DNA of 62,264 nt, counting the filler, from Stramenopiles sp. TOSAG23-3 (taxonomy: Eukaryota): assembly GCA_900128585.1 (NCBI GenBank). It is 4 parts of 4 records of this genome, joined end to end, with 100 filler letters (N's around TTAATTAATTAA, not from the genome) between each part and the next. Parts side by side here need not be neighbours in the genome. Positions count along the whole stretch, not along the records: positions 20,179 to 40,135 come from LT642385.1; positions 40,236 to 60,184 come from LT642386.1; 2 more parts are not named here. One strand, 5' to 3'. Under the pieces are notes generated by a model. The model saw only the letters and a program-made list of their open reading frames with translations. It was not told the DNA's origin and did no database searches. Positions 32,996-44,877 of this stretch are shown piece after piece. A program made the translations under genes and the position numbers. The stretch's first letter is position 1; the number at the start of each line of letters is the position of its first letter.

Positions 32996-35900
32996 ATGGA
33001 CAAGTTCCAAAGAAGCCTGCATTTATTACTCCTTCTCTGGACCACTGCCTTCGCCCTTTCGAGGGCTTCCTGTGCAGGAAGCGATGAAGTGCGGGCCAAG
33101 GTTACGTTTATTAAGGGAAGTTATCCCGCTGAAGTGAGGTGGAAACTACTTGACTCGACAGATTCGACAATTATAGAAGAATGTACAACGGGGGGGGGGG
33201 GTACAAATGATAAACAGGTTTGCCTGAAACTAGGCACTACTGTCACGGTCCAAGGGATGGATAACTACGGTGATGGTTGGAATAGCGCTAAGATGAAGGT
33301 CGAAACGGACGATGGGACAAATGGGACAATGTTTGATTACTGGGAAGGGCCTGAATCGTCTGATGGAAAAAACAAGTGGATAACTGCGCCACAAACTTTT
33401 TTGGTGCAAGATTATTGTAATGGTCCCGGCAAGAAAACCCGTCCCCAGGGACGGCTGTATGGCTGCGTTTCGTGCCCCAAAGATAACTATTGCCCTGTGG
33501 GCTCTAACAACTCACTCCCGTGTCCTGCGGGGCTCATGACTAACACTACTGGAGCTGCAACAGTAGGAGATTGTGTTCCATTTTGTTCCTCAACGAGAGC
33601 TACAGACTGTATTACGTGCCCCAAAAGCCATTATTGCCCGACTTCCAATACTGCGATTCCGTGCCCGACTGGAACCGTTACAAATACGGAAGGAGCAGAA
33701 AAAGATTGTACACCATGCCCGGCTGGGACCCTCCTCACAGAAGGTGTTTGTGTATCGTGCCCGAAAAACTATTATTGCCCTACTTCCAATACTTCGATAC
33801 CGTGCCCAGCGGGGGCCTATACAGCTACGGGTAGGGGAAGAAAAGAAGAAGATTGTGTACCGTGTACGGCTGGAACCTTGTATAACAGAACCGACAATGG
33901 TTGTGTACAGTGCCCGAAAAACTATTATTGCCCTACTTCCAATACTTCGATTCCGTGCCCGGCTGGAACCATTACAAATACGGAAGGAGCAGAAAAAGAA
34001 GGGGATTGTGTGCTGTGCCCAGAAAGCCATTATTGTCCAGGAGGAGGAGCAGAACCGAGACAATGCAAGTTTGACCAGTTCAGTAATTTACAAGCTTGCG
34101 ACTTTGATCAATACAAGAACAATTATTATTATGGGGGTTTGAATAGTAATCAACGAAATTATGAAGGTTATGACACGAGCAAGAAAAATTGTATCCCGGT
34201 CAGTGAGTCAACAAAACAAAATTCGAACATTAAGATCAATCAAGATAATTGTGGCAAAGATGGCAATGGTATTCTACCCCAACACAATATAAGATTAGGT
34301 GAACGAACGGCGGAGTCTGAATACGGTTATTGTAGAAATAGAATTGACTGTGATTGGGATTCTGGGGAGTTCTGTGCAGTGGACAATTGGTGTCACAGGC
34401 TAGGGGCCCCAAAAGGTTCCAAGTCAGCAAGCGAATGTTCTTTCAATGAGACAGTTTACTCATGCGAAGATGCGTGTGACCCTGGGTCAAATTGTAATAG
34501 TTTTCGTACCCCGAAATCTTATTCTACATTAAGCTGCGGAGGAAGAGGAAGTTTCAAACCAGAACCATGGGAGGGGAATAATCAACCAAACCAACGAAAC
34601 GACGCGAGAATGGATTTTTCGCCATTGCGCATATGCGTCAATTGCAAGTATAAAAAGTGGTGCCCTGGCGGGAAGGAAAGCAGTTGCCTTTTTGGTCGAA
34701 GTGGGTTTGGTTGCAAAGATTGCCCAGAACGGTTTTACAATTTAAACGATGGTTGCGCCCCTTGTCCCGAAGGCATAGCCAGCAGTTTTCAGTGGCTAAT
34801 TTGTATAGTGGCCATATCTGCGTACTATGCGTACTTATACAAGGAGCTTGGTCGAAAACAAAAGAAAGAAGAAGACAAGGACGAGCAAGAAACAAAGGCG
34901 ACCGTTGGACCAAAAAAAGCTCGACGGAGTTCAAAGATGGGGGCCTATGAACAAAAAACGTCTGGGGGGACATTGGCACGGATAGGTATTTTACTGTCTC
35001 ACGTGACATCGATCAATCTTATTTTGCCATCCATTTCATTGCCCCATATTCCCCCGGTCATAAAATTGTCATTTTTGAACTTCTTGAGATTTCTGTCCGT
35101 CGACATTTCAGGAATGGTTACGTCCCCCGAATGCCAAATGGAAATGGAAACGGAAACGAAAGTCCATTTCAATGCTTGCCTTCCCTTGGTGATTGTTTTT
35201 TCTTGCTGGGTCTGGCAACTGTGCTTACGGCGGAGAAATACGCCAAAAGGTAGAGACAAGGTACGCCAAGGGGACGATCGTATTGTTGCGGTATTGCTGC
35301 ACATTTACGTTGTGAACATGTACGTACTTATCTTGGATAAAGTATTGACTCCGTTTGATTGCACCATGAAGTTTGGCACGTGGGATGAAGATCCATCCAT
35401 GCCTTGCGGTGAGATAATTGGAAGGTCACTGTTGCCAGTTGTCTTTTATATAACCTTTTATATAGTTTTCCCAACTATATATATACTTGATAATGCATAT
35501 GGAGTAAATATTTGCCAGCGCCCATTTAAAGCCAGGCAAGAATATTCAGAAGATAAACTGCTCCAGAAAGAGAGGCTGATGAAGATGACCAAATCAAGGC
35601 GAAATTCGTGGTGGGGGAAGCAGGGGAATGCCGAAAACGGTCATTCCGAACTATACTGTTGCTTTAAACACTGCGTCTGCTGTCGTCGTGACCCTTACGG
35701 GTGCCGTCGGTGCTGTTGTCGGGGCTGTGTTAAAGATGAAGACGGTCTCTGCGAATGTTGCAACAATGCTTGCAAATGTGGAAAGGTACCATGCAGCAAA
35801 TTGTGCGGTAATGGTTACTGCTGTGGGTGTTCCACAAAGTGTTGTTCCGCCTGTTGCATTAGAGGCTGTGCTATATTCTGCCGCGGTTGCATATGTTGTT

Positions 35901-38621
35901 GCTGTAGGAAAGGGTGCTGGGATGGTGGCCGCCGACATGATTTGAGTGACGAAGGTGAACCAGAAGCGTTCTGTTGTGCTTGCGGGTGTTGTTGCTCAAA
36001 AAAACGCCATGGCGGTTGTTGGGGTCCATGTTGCGAAAAAAATGCTGAAAAATACAAACCCGAGTCAGGCACAAATGAAACGGATGTCGGCACAAATGCA
36101 AGAGTATCGTATGTTGATGTTGATACAACTGAATCGTATGCTGGTTGCTGCACTTGGGTTTTGGTAATATTATTTTTCCCTCTTGGGCTGCTCTTTTTTT
36201 GTTGTCCATGCGACAGCCGAAAGGTTAAAAAAAGGGTAGCAGCACCCACTGCGCCCAGCCCTCAGCCCGGTCCTCAGCCCGTTCCTCAACAACCAGCATT
36301 GAACCCTCAGCCAGTCTACCAACAACCAGTATTGAACCCTCAGCCAGTCTACCAACAACCAGTATTGAACCCTCAGAGTCTACCAACAACCAGTATTGAA
36401 CCCTCAGCCAGTCTACCAACAACCAGTATTGAACCCTCAGCCAGTTTACCAACAACCAGCACTGAATCCTCAGCCGTTGTACCATGAAACCGAAACAACC
36501 GAGCGGTACGCTGGTTGCTGTACTTGGATTTTAGTAATATTGTTTTTCCCTGCCGGATTGCTCTTTTTTTGTTGTCCATGCGACACCCGAAAGTCTAAAT
36601 CAAAAATACTAGTGCAGCCTACATCTGCTCCAAACCTCATACACAATCAGCAGACAATAGTGCATGTTCAGCCGAGTATTCAACCCCAGGCAAGTGTGCC
36701 CACGGGGGGTGCAATGGTTTCAGTGCAATTTACAGGACCTAAGTTAGGAATTGGTTTAGCCCCAAGAAGAGAAGGCGGTAAGTTATTTCTAGTTTGGGAC
36801 TCGTCCTGTCTCTTGTGATACACACCAAACACTTTTTTATTAAAATCAATTATTTAATCTAACAAGACACATTCTTCACACTTTGCAGGTGTTGGCGTCA
36901 AACTAGTAGATCCTGGTTCTCCGGCGTATGGAGTAGTACGCCAGGGTATGCAAATAATGACGATAAATGGTGCAAATGTTTCTGGAAATAACGTAAATGG
37001 ATGTTTAGCCATTTTAAAAAGTGCACCACGCCCGGTTATGGTTGTTTTTCAAGACGGCGCATCAGTACCCCCAAATGCTGGGGCAGCAAAATACGTTATG
37101 GCACCAAATGGTAGTTGTCAAGCGCAAGCTCCCAACGCTAATATCCCCATCAATCTAATTAACAACGTGAATGTGCCGAGTAGCTCGCCCGGGGTAGCCC
37201 CCAACACTTATATTCCTGTTAGTCCAATTACCAGCGTGAATATGCCTAGTAGCTCGCCTGACATGATCGAAGTCGAACGCGTTAAACGGTACCATGGTTG
37301 CTGTACTTGGGTGTGGGTAATTTTATGTTTCCCGTGCGGATTTTTTGCTTTCTGGTGTCCATGCGACAAGAAAACAGTTAAAAAGAAAGTGCCAGTGATG
37401 GCGCCTCCTCCAGCACCCCAAAAACAAATTCGGTACGTTGGGAAATGGACTTTGGGACTCACCATTTTTCTTTGCGCTGCGACTGGGTGGTTATATGGGT
37501 TAGGGTTTTTTGGATTGCTTTTGCTCTGTTTCCCCTTCGACAAAACATCTGTACCACTAGACTACCACAGTTGCCCGGCCACCACGTGTTCGTTGTGTTG
37601 CTTAAGAGACGAGGACGACAAAACTCCGGACAAAGCTGATTGTGCCACGTGCTGTCGGTCATATTGTTGCAGCAAGAGGTGCCATAAAAGGTGGAAACCT
37701 TGTTCTTATTTTATGGGAGGGGCGATAGCAATAATTCTTTTCATTGTTGCAATCGCTAAATCGCCTGCGTGGGCGAACATCCTTCTATTTTTCTTGGCAT
37801 TTGCGTTCTTAGCCCCCCCAGCATGCAAGCGGTATAACAGTTGTTCCCACGAAGTGTTGACTGAACGGGAGGAGGCGAACAGATACCTAGATCGATTTGG
37901 GTGGTTGTTTTTAAAGTACAACCCAGAGTCTTTTCATTGGGAAATAGTCGTGGTAGTACGTAAAATTTTCATGCTACTGATTGCAAAATTTTTAACAAAT
38001 GTCCCCGTTTGGTCGATGCCGCTGCTAACTATTGTAATTCTCGGATCAATATATGCCCAGGTGCGGAACCGCCCCTATGTAGATGATTGTCCCACCCACC
38101 GGTTTGGGAAATGGGACTTTGATGCAAACAATCGGTTGGAAATAATGTTTCTTATGGCACAACTCGTTCTTGTGCTAGGCGAGTTTGCGAACGGTTGGAT
38201 GGCATCTGGAGACGATAATTTGTATACACAGGACGAGCTTGACGAAAAATATCCAGCGGTCGCAATATTTGCAATGATTTTTGAATGGGTAGGAGTTCTA
38301 ATGTTGCTTTCTGGAACAATATATTTTTTTGCTGTCCATAGTTTTCATGCCAAAATGAAACACTTGGCAAAGAAAAAAGAAAACAGAAAAGAAGACCTGC
38401 AACGTATGAGACGAAAATCAACCATGAGCCCTCTCAATGGAAGTGGGCTCGAAGCTTTCGAAAAACGACAGCAAGAAAGGGCAAATTCAATCGCAAATAA
38501 TGGTGCCGGCAAGACTGATATTGAATTAACGAATTTGAACATCCCGTTTTTTTTAGAAGGCTCAGATACCGTTACAAATCCATTGTTCCGTAAGAAGATT
38601 AAGAAGAAACACAAGACCTAA
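32996..38621 (+). CDS. Large Cys-rich multi-pass receptor-like protein (GCC2/GCC3-type repeats, TM region, BRI3-like repeats, PDZ); frameshift after 36376; intron 36778-36888
   Basis: Signal peptide; CPKNYYCPTSNTSIPCPAG repeats; PFDC..EDPSMPC; RFGWLFLKY..WEIVVVVRK; RPY..NNRLE. Intron GTAAGT..TCTAAC..TTGCAG restores a PDZ domain (KLGIGL..VKLVDPGSPAYGVVRQGMQIMTING). Confidence 0.8.
36308..36470 (+). repeat. Coding 33-bp minisatellite (QPVYQQPVLNP) x5; third unit lacks CC
   Basis: Unit CAGCCAGTCTACCAACAACCAGTATTGAACCCT; CAG--AGTC at 36374-36380. Confidence 0.9.
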
Positions 38622-39109
38622 GGTCGGTCTATCGCTATGCATCAATTACCAACAGTTCTGCCGCAGTTTTTGCAGGTTTCCCAGCAAAGCAAAGAGATGA
38701 GGACGATTATTGCACCACCGGCGACGACGACATGCGGTCCTTCACAACTCAAGTGAGTTACAAAATTAAGACTTCGAAAAAGGTCTGCCCTAGCGCAGCT
38801 TCTGTGATTGGTTCTGGCCTGGCGTACATTTCGTACATTTTTTTTGAGATGATTGCAACTTTTGTGATTGGATTTTTCCTTATCAAAGCCGGGTTTGCAA
38901 AACCATTGAACGACCGCGCCAGTATCATGGGCTTAATGAAAAGCGCGAACAGTGATACGTCAAAAGTGGAAGATGCCATCGATACGTTGCGTGCTGACGT
39001 CGACGAAATGATGCACGGCCAGAATGATCTGGACGATGAGCAAACTAAACAAATCGAAGCGTTGCAAAAATCGGTTGAGGCCCTGGAGGCAAAACAAGCG
39101 GAGGAATAA
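38603..39109 (+). pseudogene. C-terminal-looking gene fragment (TM helix plus coiled coil) abutting the previous stop
   Basis: Frame is open from 38603, first ATG at 38732; no spacer or promoter room after the stop at 38621. Confidence 0.4.
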
Positions 39110-39215
39110 ACCCATCGCAGCAATCGATCGACCCGTTTTATTTATTAAACCCGAATGGCACGTACGTGAACGACTTACCACCCAACGACAAACCAACCAG
39201 TTGAATCGTAAAAAA

Positions 39216-39572
39216 TTAATCCCTTTTAGCTATCCTGAATTTTTTATATCCTTTACTCTTTTCTTTTACAATTTTCTCTATAAACCTTCTATACCTAACA
39301 TCCGATGCATTCAACAAGCAGATATCAAATTCCTCTTCCAAATACTCTTTTACCTCCTGAAAAAGCTTACGTCTACTATATACCCTCCCAGACACCCTTT
39401 TGTAATTCTTTTCGAAAAAATCTGTCAAAACCACATCCAAATCTACCAGATGTTTAGGATTCTCATACCTTTCTAATCTGGCTTCTAATGCCGACACGCG
39501 CAATAATAGTCTACAACAGTGCTCGCACGTCCTAAACTTTTTTCGAACCTATTGAAAGGAATAGGAATGGAA
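39216..39572 (-). pseudogene. ATG-less AT-rich ORF remnant (CxxC plus leucine-zipper-like, basic), possibly viral or TE-derived
   Basis: Frame extends upstream to ..RTCEHCCRLLLRVSALEARLERYENPK..; composition differs from neighbouring genes. Confidence 0.3.
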
Positions 39573-40135
39573 ATTACTCAGAGAAGAAGGTGTCTGTTCA
39601 AGAACAAAATCTCCACCTAATACAACAAAAATAATATAATAATAAAAAAATAAATAATAATAATAATAATAAAAAAGAATAGATAACTACCGGTACTACT
39701 AGTCCATGAAGAGAAAGGAGGACTTGGGCCCTCTTCACAGTTTCTCTGTATTAATACCCGCACATACTGTATCACTGTGGGGATGTAAATTTTAAATTTA
39801 AATGCAACACTCGTATTTTATATATATAGCACTGAAGCTCCCCGTCCATAGAAATCAATACAATGCTATCGCCTCCTACGCCCCTCAGGTCTTTGGCAGA
39901 ATAGGTACTATACCTGAGGGCGTAGTGTGTGGCTGTTTAAGTATATTATGCCTATTTCTTTTCAACAAGTATTGATTGTTTTAGTCGTCATAGTTGTTTT
40001 GATTCCTATATGAGGTCGCTATAATGTAGCGGTATTATTGTTTTTTTTTACTCGTAGTTTTTTTTAGTAGTAGTATGGGGAAAGAGTGATCACGGCCCAA
40101 ACAGTACCGAACATCCGTACCAAACGAAATAGGAA

Positions 40136-40235
40136 NNNNNNNNNNNNNNNNNNNNNNNNNNNNNNNNNNNNNNNNNNNNTTAATTAATTAANNNNNNNNN
40201 NNNNNNNNNNNNNNNNNNNNNNNNNNNNNNNNNNN
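40136..40235. other. Artificial contig linker
   Basis: N44-TTAATTAATTAA-N44. Confidence 0.98.
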
Positions 40236-42956
40236 GAACAGAACATTAGATACGTCCTTCTCGTTGCTGGAAAAGACGAAGGTGGGGAAATTCTGGGAGT
40301 AATCGAAGCTTCCTATGAAGGAAGGGCCGCAACAGGAACGGAGGAAATACTGTTTTTGCAAAATTTTGCTAAACCCCTCATTTTGTTGGCAGAAGTGTGC
40401 ACACAAGGAATGGGAAAGATAGGCCTCCCTGATCCATTCAAAATCGACTCAGGCAACGATACCGTGATTGTCGACCCGGACGCGGAGTTAGACCGCTCTT
40501 GGAACGAAAGCTTTTTGTCAGCCTCTGTCATTGACAACTACTTCTCTCCTAAACCGAGTTCGGAAAATCAGCAGAAAGTTCCCATCACGCCTAAACCGGC
40601 ACATGACGAACTTGAAAAGCAGCCTTTGGGTCCAATAGAAAAATCGACAATTGATTTGAATGTGCAAGAAATTCATCGCCAACTAACGCAAATGTGCGAC
40701 GCTGATTTAGTTTTGTTATATTCGGTAATAGATGGTACCAATTTGCGAGGTCAGTTTTGGGAGCAAGAGAAAACCGTGAACTTAGCATGGTTGCGTCAAC
40801 TGGGAAGCATGGCTTCCGAGGAAGTGCTGCTGCGGAAACAATGTATTCGGAGCAGCGTTTCTGCACCGCCGGAGCAAAAGAAGCATAATAAGTACTATGA
40901 TAGCGTTGAAGTTACCCTTGCCCAGAAATTTAATGACTTTGGGGTGCACGCGGTATGCGGTATTCCAGTAAACATTGCGACTGAACCAGACGACAATAGA
41001 GTCCAAACTGCTTTCGTTGTAGTTCTGGTGAATTTTCAAAACAAAAACATTGATGCGCGGAATGAAGGGCAAGTGTTAAACTATTTCAAGAAATGGAATA
41101 AGCATTTGCAGTTTCAAGCAAAGCATAAAGCAACCAATTTACAGGACCATTATTCTTCCAACAGCTACCTGCGAAAGGAAAATAAAATGTTGAAAGCTCG
41201 TCTGCGCCGGTTAGGGGGAATGTCAAAACAAAACATGGTGGAAGCGATGCTAAATCAAGAGAAGACTTTGGTGCATTTAAAAAATCAGCTTCGTTTGGTG
41301 GAGGATGCCAAATTGGTAATGGCTCACGATCCTCATGAATTGGACTTGCTGAATTATCAGGCAAATACTCTGACCCAATCTATCGAAGACATTGAAATAG
41401 GAGAGATGGCGTTTGGGCGTAACTTAGTTGACATGAGCATTTTCTACGCCAAAGCTGTCAGTATGGACAATATACTGTCAATGGCCGTGCAAGACGCGTG
41501 CTATCTCACATCTGCCGTACACTGCAAACTGTTTTTTACCGCAGCCAGTGTAGATGGTAGCATAACATTTGGGCAATTTACATCTGGGGGCCACTTCGTT
41601 AACGAAGACATAGACGAGAATTCTCTCATTTATAAAGTAGCAAAAGAGGGGAAATTATTTCACATAAATGAGAAGAAAAACCAATCCACTCAGATTAGTA
41701 AAGATCTGGGGGGATTGGGCTGGTCATTTGATGGCTATACCACTTCGAACGCAATTTGCTGTCCAATTTTTGACAATCACGATGTCGTTGTTGGTGTCTG
41801 CTTAGTAGCAGGGCGCGAGGGAATTGGGACATTTTGCGAAAATGACGAACATTTATTATCAACCTTGTGTGTATTTATTGGCACGGCCTTTCTTCGGCTA
41901 CGAACCGATGAAACCATGATGCAATTGCAAGATTCGCAAAGAATAAATGCAGAGTCGCGGAAAGGTTGGAGAGCGTTGGAAAGTGATTGTTGGAAAATAA
42001 AAGAGCTCGACGAAATATTTCACATCGCCAGTAAGTTCTTCAACGAAAGTTATGGTGAACATTTTGAGGGTTCCTTGTATTTGTGTGACTTTAGTGACAG
42101 TGGAGAGCAGTTGTTCAAATTGAATCAAACCACAAAATTGAGGCAATACGTTGATATACCAAAGCGAGGTCTGAACGAAGGACACGAAGTCGTCGAAATT
42201 TTTGATGTTTTTGACACAAAGAAAACTTTGAAAGCCGAAGATTTATTCAAGGAGATTAATATTCCAGTTAAATTTCCCGAAGAAAACTTTCTCGGTGTAA
42301 TCCGTATACAACCGAAACAAGTTGGTGAAAAAGATATGGGATCTTCTCGAATGTACACATCTCCTTTTTCATGCAATGAAACAGGAGAGGGTAAACCTTT
42401 TCCCTTCGGGGCTGTGGTTATTGAAACCTTTCTGTCCAAAATACGCACATTTTCCAACATTGTTGCTGCCAGTGTCCATATACTTCATTCAAAACAAGAC
42501 TCTCACCGGCTAGAAAATCACGTTAGCACAAGTACAACGATCTCACAGGCAAAATCAACTACTGATATTGTACGGCTAACGATCGACCATGCACGGCAGG
42601 CCATACATGCCGACCGATGCAGTATGTTTATGTTCGACAAGGAATCCAATGAACTGTACTCAACCATTGCAGATGGCATGGAAGAGAATATACGGTTTAA
42701 AGCCGATGATACGCTGGCAGGATATGTAATAAATACCGGAAATACCCTTAATCTTGCAAATGCGTACGATCACGAGCTATTTTCGCCAGCGTTTGACAAA
42801 AAAACTGGATACGTTACAAAAGAAATCCTTTGTATACCAATTTATTCCAAATCAGGGCACATACTAGCAGTGATGGAACTCATAAATAAAAACGACAGTA
42901 TACCTGGATTTTCAAAACAAGACGAAGCTTTGATGGAATCCCTTGCTAGTAATTAG
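40236..42956 (+). CDS. Multi-GAF-domain protein, 5'-partial at contig edge
   Basis: Frame is open from the contig start. Last GAF: ADRCSMFMFD..LAGYVINTGNTLNLANAYDHELF..DKKTGYVTKEILCIPI..ELINK..FSKQDE; earlier GAFs are degenerate. Confidence 0.85.
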   Translation, partial: EQNIRYVLLVAGKDEGGEILGVIEASYEGRAATGTEEILFLQNFAKPLILLAEVCTQGMGKIGLPDPFKIDSGNDTVIVDPDAELDRSWNESFLSASVIDNYFSPKPSSENQQKVPITPKPAHDELEKQPLGPIEKSTIDLNVQEIHRQLTQMCDADLVLLYSVIDGTNLRGQFWEQEKTVNLAWLRQLGSMASEEVLLRKQCIRSSVSAPPEQKKHNKYYDSVEVTLAQKFNDFGVHAVCGIPVNIATEPDDNRVQTAFVVVLVNFQNKNIDARNEGQVLNYFKKWNKHLQFQAKHKATNLQDHYSSNSYLRKENKMLKARLRRLGGMSKQNMVEAMLNQEKTLVHLKNQLRLVEDAKLVMAHDPHELDLLNYQANTLTQSIEDIEIGEMAFGRNLVDMSIFYAKAVSMDNILSMAVQDACYLTSAVHCKLFFTAASVDGSITFGQFTSGGHFVNEDIDENSLIYKVAKEGKLFHINEKKNQSTQISKDLGGLGWSFDGYTTSNAICCPIFDNHDVVVGVCLVAGREGIGTFCENDEHLLSTLCVFIGTAFLRLRTDETMMQLQDSQRINAESRKGWRALESDCWKIKELDEIFHIASKFFNESYGEHFEGSLYLCDFSDSGEQLFKLNQTTKLRQYVDIPKRGLNEGHEVVEIFDVFDTKKTLKAEDLFKEINIPVKFPEENFLGVIRIQPKQVGEKDMGSSRMYTSPFSCNETGEGKPFPFGAVVIETFLSKIRTFSNIVAASVHILHSKQDSHRLENHVSTSTTISQAKSTTDIVRLTIDHARQAIHADRCSMFMFDKESNELYSTIADGMEENIRFKADDTLAGYVINTGNTLNLANAYDHELFSPAFDKKTGYVTKEILCIPIYSKSGHILAVMELINKNDSIPGFSKQDEALMESLASN

Positions 42957-43538
42957 ACTAGTGTTTTTGAAGAAGAACTTATTCACTTCATAGGGTATAT
43001 ATAAGTACTAAATATTATAAGCTAGTATTAAAAAGAATAATCGCATGCAAAAAAATCAAACGTTCCTCCACAGCTCTTGGCAGAAAATACAATAGGAAAT
43101 TACAGTGTAATAATAACAGCATTTTAATAAAATATAATATTATACCTCGTAATTCGTAATACACCGTAGAGAGTGGGGTGGTTTCAAAAAAGTTTTTATA
43201 ATAAATATCATCACACACAACGTGAAAGATGATATGATGATAAAGAGAGAACGGTACGGTAGTAACTCCTCCTTCGTTCCTCTGTTTTTTCGCCGGTAGT
43301 AGACTATTATTATAAAATATAATAATATATACTTCTTATTAAATAATCGCGATGATAATTTTTTCAATCACAAGAAGACTGAGAAGGCACGAAGAACGAT
43401 GCTATTCCAAAAAATTCAATTAAATTAGTAATATGGAATATATAACGTATGTGCACCGAAGTACAGCTCAACGACAGAAAGGATATTTGTTTGAAACTAT
43501 ATTACTTCGCTGGGTTGCAACGTTTGAAGGGTATAGGT

Positions 43539-44540
43539 ATGGGATGTGTTCAAACTAAACCAGGATCGGGTGGGAGACAGAACGGTAAGATATTTCCTGA
43601 GGGTAAGCCCGGTAAGGAAATTAAGGAAGGGGCCGAACTGCTCCAGAGACAAATTTTGAGAGAGGCTGCGGAAGCCCAACGGACTGACATCCAAAGAATA
43701 AAGCAGAAAAGGAAGCGGAATTTGATCCGTGCGTCGAAAGATGGGGACTTGAAATTGGTTGAAGAGATTTTGCAGGACAAGGACGGTGATCTTGATATTG
43801 ACAAACGTGGAATGTGGGAAAATACGCCTTTAATCTGTGCCTGTCAATATGGAAATGAAAAAATTGCTTTAGCATTAATTGATGCTGCTGCAAATGTAAA
43901 TGCAGTAAACGAAAAAGGTTGCACCCCGCTTCTTCATGCCGCTGTAGAGGGAATGGTAAAAGTTACGAAAAAGTTGTTGGAGAAGGGCGCTGACCCCAAC
44001 GTTGCTGCTGCAGCAGTTTACAACCAGAAGACTGATACTCATGAGCCATTTTCGCCGCTGCATGTTGCCGCTGCAAATGGTTCAACTAGACTGGTGAAGG
44101 TTTTGTTGGAAAAAAATGCGGATCCGAACAAGTTGGATGAGAAAAGCCGAAGTCCGCTGGCGCTGGCATGCCGCTCGGGAGAAGAGCGCGCTGTGATGGA
44201 AATTTTGAAATACTGTGACGCGTCACATTACCACGTTAAAGATCCTGTTAGTAACAAGACCCCTTTTGAATTGGCTGAAGAAGCAAACATGGAAAAGGCA
44301 CTGGACTGGCTTAATAACGGCGGACCTCCCGGAGGAATTGTTGATATCCAGGCAAAAAATCAGCAGGAAGCGGCCGAGGAAGGCTCGGTGGCGTTGCCAC
44401 TGCCTGCCCAATCTGCTGGAGCAGCGTCGGGTTCGAATGGTGAGCGCGTGTCGACACCGACGAAAAAAGCAAATGAACAGCGCGGGCCAATGACACCGGT
44501 AAGCCTTCGCATAGAGGACGAAATGGAAGAAAAGAAATGA
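43539..44540 (+). CDS. Ankyrin-repeat protein with probable N-terminal acylation (MGCVQTK)
   Basis: TPLICAC, TPLLHAA, SPLHVAA, SPLALAC, TPFELA; alternative start at 43449. Confidence 0.88.
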   Translation: MGCVQTKPGSGGRQNGKIFPEGKPGKEIKEGAELLQRQILREAAEAQRTDIQRIKQKRKRNLIRASKDGDLKLVEEILQDKDGDLDIDKRGMWENTPLICACQYGNEKIALALIDAAANVNAVNEKGCTPLLHAAVEGMVKVTKKLLEKGADPNVAAAAVYNQKTDTHEPFSPLHVAAANGSTRLVKVLLEKNADPNKLDEKSRSPLALACRSGEERAVMEILKYCDASHYHVKDPVSNKTPFELAEEANMEKALDWLNNGGPPGGIVDIQAKNQQEAAEEGSVALPLPAQSAGAASGSNGERVSTPTKKANEQRGPMTPVSLRIEDEMEEKK

Positions 44541-44877
44541 AGAGGTGTAAGAAGGGATTTTGCGTGTACATACTGTTGTAATGGATATATCAGGACCAAG
44601 TACATAAAATAAGTTTTTGTGCGTGCGTGCGGGAAGGCAATAACACAATCATACTGACTACACTGTAGATTATATCAACATAAGTTTCATATCTTAATGA
44701 TATCATATGTTAAATGATGATGTATTTGACAAGACGGCAACTGGACACAACAACGGGCCGCTCGTTTCTTTCCGCATTGTACATTTCTCCGCACTCAACC
44801 AACATAAAATCATTCGCACCCACACCTAGTCCATGCAACCCTAGAATATGAAGTCAAATTTCAACATTTTGTGGATT

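Noticed and set aside
33600-34040. Regular repeats resembling a CRISPR array (also 36308-36470)
   Set aside because: In-frame coding repeats with no unique spacers and no cas genes.
10123-36380. Three frameshifts as a shared programmed-frameshifting system
   Set aside because: No common slippery or stop context; all are small losses in homopolymer or repeat sequence, typical of consensus errors.
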